The notes beneath the pieces were generated by a model. It saw only the letters and a list, made by a program, of their open reading frames with translations, searched no databases and had not been told where the DNA came from. Of a DNA stretch of 64,000 nucleotides, positions 59,691 through 64,000 are shown one piece after another. Where the stretch lies: the NCBI GenBank assembly GCA_043824255.1, contig JBDRTG010000043.1, positions 32,001 through 96,000 on the forward strand, written 5' to 3'. The stretch comes from a bacterium. GTDB taxonomy: Bacteria > JAHJDO01. Made by a program: the position numbers and the translations under genes. The first letter of the stretch is position 1. Every line of letters starts with the position of its first letter.

Positions 59691-61082
59691 ATGGATGGGA
59701 TATTTGGAGTTGCCTTAAAAGAGGATTGTCAGGAGGTTTTATTTTACGGAACAGATTATCATTCTCATTTAGGAACAGAATATGGAGGGCTGGCAGTATT
59801 AGGAAAAAGATTGGTTAGAAAGATTCACGCAATTAGCGGAGGACAGTTTAAAAGCAGATTTTATGAAGATTATAAGAAAATGAAAGGGAAATCCGGCATT
59901 GGGGTGATATCTACAAGAGAAGAACAGCCTATATATCTAAATTCAAAATTTGGCCACTTCTGTATTGTTAGTAATGGTTTAATCACTAATTCGGATGGTT
60001 TGACTAAGGATTTGCGCAGGCAGGGAATTTCATTTAGTGAAACAGCTAAAAAAGGAGTAAACAGTACAGAACTAGTTGCAAAATTAGTAAACCAGGGCAG
60101 GAGTTTAGTGCATGGAATAGAAAATTACTTTAAAAGAATTAAGGGCTCCTGTTCTATCCTAATCTTACATAAGGACGGTATCTATATTGCAAGGGATAAA
60201 CTAGGATATTCTCCTTTAATTATAGGTAAATCAAAGGAAGGCTGGGCAGTAACTACAGAAACTTCTGCTTTTTTTAACTTAGGGTTTAGTATAGAAAGAT
60301 ATGTTAAGCCGGGTGAAATACTGCTTTTAAAGCCCACTGGATTTAAGGTTCTCAAAGAAGAGGAGCCGCATCAAAAGACAGATACGTTTTTATGGATCTA
60401 TACTGGTTTTCCTGCATCAAATTATGAGGGTATAAATACAGAAGAAGTAAGAGAGCGTTGCGGAAAATTTTTGGCAAAAAGGGACAACGTTGAAGCAGAT
60501 TTGGTAGCAGGAGTTCCGGACTCAGGAACTACGCATGCTATTGGTTATTCCATTGAATCAAGAATACCTTTTAGGCGTCCTCTGGTTAAATATAATCCCG
60601 GCTATGGCAGAAGCTACATTCCGCCGTCTCAAAGCATAAGAGACCATATTGCTAAAATGAAGCTGATTCCAATTAAAGAGATAATTAAAGGGAACAGGAT
60701 CATTTTATGTGAAGATTCAATTGTAAGGGGTACTCAGCTTAAAAACTATACTATCCAGAAGTTGTGGGAAAGCGGGGCAAAGGAAATTCATGTCAGGGTT
60801 GCGTGCCCGCCTTTATTGTTTCCTTCTAAATTCGATTATTCTACCAAGAAGAAAGAAGAACTGGTTGCCAGACGTACAATAAAAGCTTTAGAAGGCAAGG
60901 ATATTAAAGATATGAGCGAATACATTGATTCCAATTCAAAAAAACACAAAAAAATGGTAGATTGTATTGCAAAAGAATTGGACGTTACCAGCTTAAAATA
61001 CCAAACCCTTGAAGACATGGTAAAAGCAATAGGATTGCCCGAAGAAAAACTTTGTCTTTATGTATGGACTGGGAAGGTTTAA
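59691..61082 (+). CDS. purF: Amidophosphoribosyltransferase-like protein lacking the N-terminal Cys
   Basis: [41 protein letters not shown]. Confidence 0.85.
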   Translation: MDGIFGVALKEDCQEVLFYGTDYHSHLGTEYGGLAVLGKRLVRKIHAISGGQFKSRFYEDYKKMKGKSGIGVISTREEQPIYLNSKFGHFCIVSNGLITNSDGLTKDLRRQGISFSETAKKGVNSTELVAKLVNQGRSLVHGIENYFKRIKGSCSILILHKDGIYIARDKLGYSPLIIGKSKEGWAVTTETSAFFNLGFSIERYVKPGEILLLKPTGFKVLKEEEPHQKTDTFLWIYTGFPASNYEGINTEEVRERCGKFLAKRDNVEADLVAGVPDSGTTHAIGYSIESRIPFRRPLVKYNPGYGRSYIPPSQSIRDHIAKMKLIPIKEIIKGNRIILCEDSIVRGTQLKNYTIQKLWESGAKEIHVRVACPPLLFPSKFDYSTKKKEELVARRTIKALEGKDIKDMSEYIDSNSKKHKKMVDCIAKELDVTSLKYQTLEDMVKAIGLPEEKLCLYVWTGKV

Positions 61083-62599
61083 TGATTAAAAAAATAGGTT
61101 TTGATAATGAGAAGTATCTAAAGGAGCAGACTAAGGCTATTCTTGAGAGAGTTGAGAGGTCTGATAATAAATTGTATCTTGAGTTTGGCGGAAAGCTTGT
61201 CTTTGACTTTCATGCTTCAAGGGTTCTCCCAGGCTTTGACCCCAATGTGAAGATACGGCTCTTGCAGCAATTAAAGGATAAGGCAGATATATTGCTCTGT
61301 ATTTATGCCGGTGATATTGAAAGAAAAAAAGTAAGAGCAGACTTCGGAATTACATACGATGCTGCGGTACTCAAATCAATTGATGATTTAAAGGATTGGG
61401 GTATTGATATACTGGCAGTTGTAATAACACGTTTTGAAGATCAGCCGGCAACTATAATATTTAAGAACAAATTAGAGCGCAGAAACATAAAGGTTTATAC
61501 CCATACATTTACAAAGGGATATCCCACGGATGTAAATTTAATTGTAAGTGATAAAGGTTATGGGGCAAACGCGTATATTAAGACTAAAAAACCTCTTGTC
61601 ATAGTTACCGGGCCAGGCCCCGGCAGTGGGAAATTAGCAACGTGTCTTTCTCAATTGTATCATGATTATAAGAGAGGGATGAAAAATGGATATGCAAAAT
61701 TTGAAACATTTCCTATATGGAATCTACCGCTTAAACATCCGGTGAATGCGGCTTATGAAGCAGCAACAGCAGATTTAAGGGATTTTAATATGATAGATTC
61801 CTTTCATCTTGAAGCATACAACAAGGTAGCTGTGAACTATAACAGGGATGTAGAGGTGTTTCCTGTGCTTAAGAGAATATTAGAGAAGATAACCGGATCT
61901 GAGTCAATATATAAGTCACCTACGGATATGGGTGTAAACAGAGCTGGTTTTGGAATTATAGATGACGAAATAGTAAAACACGCTGCAGAGCAGGAAGTAG
62001 TAAGAAGATATTTTAGATGTGCCTGCGAATATGTAATGGGTCTTGTGGATAAGGAAACTGTGCAAAGGGTGGAGCTCATTATGGAGGATCTTAATCTTAA
62101 GCCGGAGGATAGGCTGGTGGTTGTGCCAGCACGAAAGGCTATTGAAGATGCTCAACAAAGAGGAGAGGGTAATGAAGGAGTCTTTTGCGGTGCGGCAATA
62201 GAATTAAAAGACGGCTTAATCATTACAGGGAAAAACTCCTCTCTTATGCATGCAACATCAAGTCTTATTCTGAATGCTGTAAAAGAGCTGGCGGAAATTC
62301 CCGATAAGATACATCTTCTGTCTCCGAACATAATAGATTCCATAGGTAATCTTAAAAAGAATATTTTAAATACGAAAGCAGTGAGCCTGAATCTGGAAGA
62401 AACCTTAATTGCCCTTTCTATAAGCGCAACTACGAACCCAACCTCTCAGCTGGCTATGGAGAAGCTAGGGGAACTTAAGGGCTGCGAAATACATATGACA
62501 CATATTCCAACCCCTGGTGATGAAGCAGGGTTAAGAAAATTGGGGGTTAATACTACCAGCGACCCCGATTTTTCCACAAAGACGCTTTTTGTTGAATAA
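61082..62599 (+). CDS. DUF1846 family protein
   Basis: [43 protein letters not shown]. Confidence 0.9.
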   Translation: MIKKIGFDNEKYLKEQTKAILERVERSDNKLYLEFGGKLVFDFHASRVLPGFDPNVKIRLLQQLKDKADILLCIYAGDIERKKVRADFGITYDAAVLKSIDDLKDWGIDILAVVITRFEDQPATIIFKNKLERRNIKVYTHTFTKGYPTDVNLIVSDKGYGANAYIKTKKPLVIVTGPGPGSGKLATCLSQLYHDYKRGMKNGYAKFETFPIWNLPLKHPVNAAYEAATADLRDFNMIDSFHLEAYNKVAVNYNRDVEVFPVLKRILEKITGSESIYKSPTDMGVNRAGFGIIDDEIVKHAAEQEVVRRYFRCACEYVMGLVDKETVQRVELIMEDLNLKPEDRLVVVPARKAIEDAQQRGEGNEGVFCGAAIELKDGLIITGKNSSLMHATSSLILNAVKELAEIPDKIHLLSPNIIDSIGNLKKNILNTKAVSLNLEETLIALSISATTNPTSQLAMEKLGELKGCEIHMTHIPTPGDEAGLRKLGVNTTSDPDFSTKTLFVE

Positions 62600-62649
62600 A
62601 GTAATTTTTTTAGAATAGGAATAAAAATTTAAAAAAAGGAGGGCGCATA

Positions 62650-64000
62650 ATGGAGAGTGCAGTTAAAGTTGATGTGGAAGTAGCAAAGGATTTAGGGCTT
62701 ACTGAGCAGGAGTTTGAACAGATCAAAAAACTTTTAGGCAGAGAGCCGAATTTTACAGAATTAGGGGTTTTTTCAGCTATGTGGAGCGAACATTGCAGTT
62801 ACAAGAATTCACGCAAGTTGTTCAAACTTTTCCCAACTAAAGGTAAACAGGTGTTAATTGGTGCAGGTGAGGAAAATACCGGAATTGTTGATATAGGCGA
62901 CGGATTGGGCGTTGCCTTCAAGATAGAATCGCATAACCATCCTTCGGCAGTGGAACCATTCGAGGCATCTGCTACAGGTATAGGCGGATGTTTGAGGGAC
63001 ATATTTACAGTAGGAGCAAGACCTGTTGCAGTGTTAGGTGCATTGAGATTCGGAAGTTTGGATAATGAAAAAGTTAAATTCTTATTTAAAGAGGTAATCA
63101 GGGGACTGGCTCATTATGCTAATACTGCAGAGGTTAGTGCTGTTGGTGGTGACAGCTATTTTGACGAAAGTTATGAAGGTAATCCTTTGGTTAATGCTTT
63201 TGCTGTAGGTATTGTAAAACATAAAGATATTGCAAGAGGCGCTGCGTCTGGAATAGGGAATCTCATATATTACATAGGAGGAGACACAGGCAGAGACGGG
63301 GTAGGTGGAGCGAGTTTTGCATCCCAGGAAATTACTGAGGAATCTGCCTCTGATACGAGCAGTGTTGCTATAGGTAACGCAGAGCTTGGGAAACGCTTGA
63401 GAGAGGTGTGTCTGGAACTAATAGAAAAAGGCCTCATTGTTGGAATGCAGGATATGGGAGCGGCAGGGCTTACCTGCTCATCCTGCGAAACAGCCTCAAG
63501 AAGCAGGACTGGTATTGAGATAGATGTTGCCTTAGTTCCTCAAAGAGAAAAAGGAATGACCCCTTATGAAATCCTTTTGTCTGAATCTCAGGAAAGAATG
63601 CTTGCTATATTAAAAGACGGAAAGGAAAAAGAGGCATTAGATATATTGAAAAAATGGAACATCAACGCAGTAAAAATCGGGAAGGTTACAGATGATAGAA
63701 TGATGAGGGTTAAAGAAAACGGAATAGTGGTTTGCGAAATTCCGCCACAGGCTCTTACAGAAAGAGCGCCTTTGTATGATAGAGATGCTAAAGAGCCTTC
63801 TTACTTAAAAGATGCTCAAAATCTGGATAGAAAATCCATAATCGAACCTGACGATTTTAATAAAGTGTTGTTGCAACTGCTTGATTCTCCGACTATTGCA
63901 AGCAAAGAATCAGCATATAAAAACTTTACTGCTATAGACAAGGATGAAGTTATAGTAGGAGCAGGTTCAGATGCAGCTGTAGTTAAAATTAAGGGCACTA
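62650..64000 (+). CDS. purL: Phosphoribosylformylglycinamidine synthase subunit PurL, 3'-truncated; absent from the ORF track
   Basis: Manual translation: GREPNFTELGVFSAMWSEHCSYK, KIESHNHPS, QDMGAAGL, LLSESQERM; RBS AGGAGG. Confidence 0.95.
   Translation, partial: MESAVKVDVEVAKDLGLTEQEFEQIKKLLGREPNFTELGVFSAMWSEHCSYKNSRKLFKLFPTKGKQVLIGAGEENTGIVDIGDGLGVAFKIESHNHPSAVEPFEASATGIGGCLRDIFTVGARPVAVLGALRFGSLDNEKVKFLFKEVIRGLAHYANTAEVSAVGGDSYFDESYEGNPLVNAFAVGIVKHKDIARGAASGIGNLIYYIGGDTGRDGVGGASFASQEITEESASDTSSVAIGNAELGKRLREVCLELIEKGLIVGMQDMGAAGLTCSSCETASRSRTGIEIDVALVPQREKGMTPYEILLSESQERMLAILKDGKEKEALDILKKWNINAVKIGKVTDDRMMRVKENGIVVCEIPPQALTERAPLYDRDAKEPSYLKDAQNLDRKSIIEPDDFNKVLLQLLDSPTIASKESAYKNFTAIDKDEVIVGAGSDAAVVKIKGT

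Overview
This is a 64 kb AT-rich bacterial chromosome segment, probably from an anaerobe with an outer membrane. H-X9-DG prepilins, a secretin, a heptosyltransferase and Thi4 suggest a PVC-group or related candidate phylum, which is inference only. In order it holds: the end of a thi4-thiC-thiL operon; an LPS/EPS cluster interleaved with a CCA-adding enzyme, a PAS-LuxR regulator and two PilZ proteins; dppA, pcrA and yjbQ; a ~17 kb AraC-linked carbohydrate locus; hrcA-grpE-dnaK-dnaJ with a perfect CIRCE; a ~5 kb mosaic of small genes, gene relics and palindromic repeats; gltX, a secretin, an M28-peptidase/AAC(3) fusion and ruvB; and gdh-carB-purF-DUF1846-purL. The best candidate for an undescribed system is the carbohydrate locus at 21194-38012. 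It pairs an H-X9-DG prepilin with very large secreted carbohydrate-binding or hydrolase-like proteins and sugar catabolic genes, has no recognisable transporter, and shows direct evidence of module duplication and collapse. All calls come from motif recognition by eye; no database searches were run.
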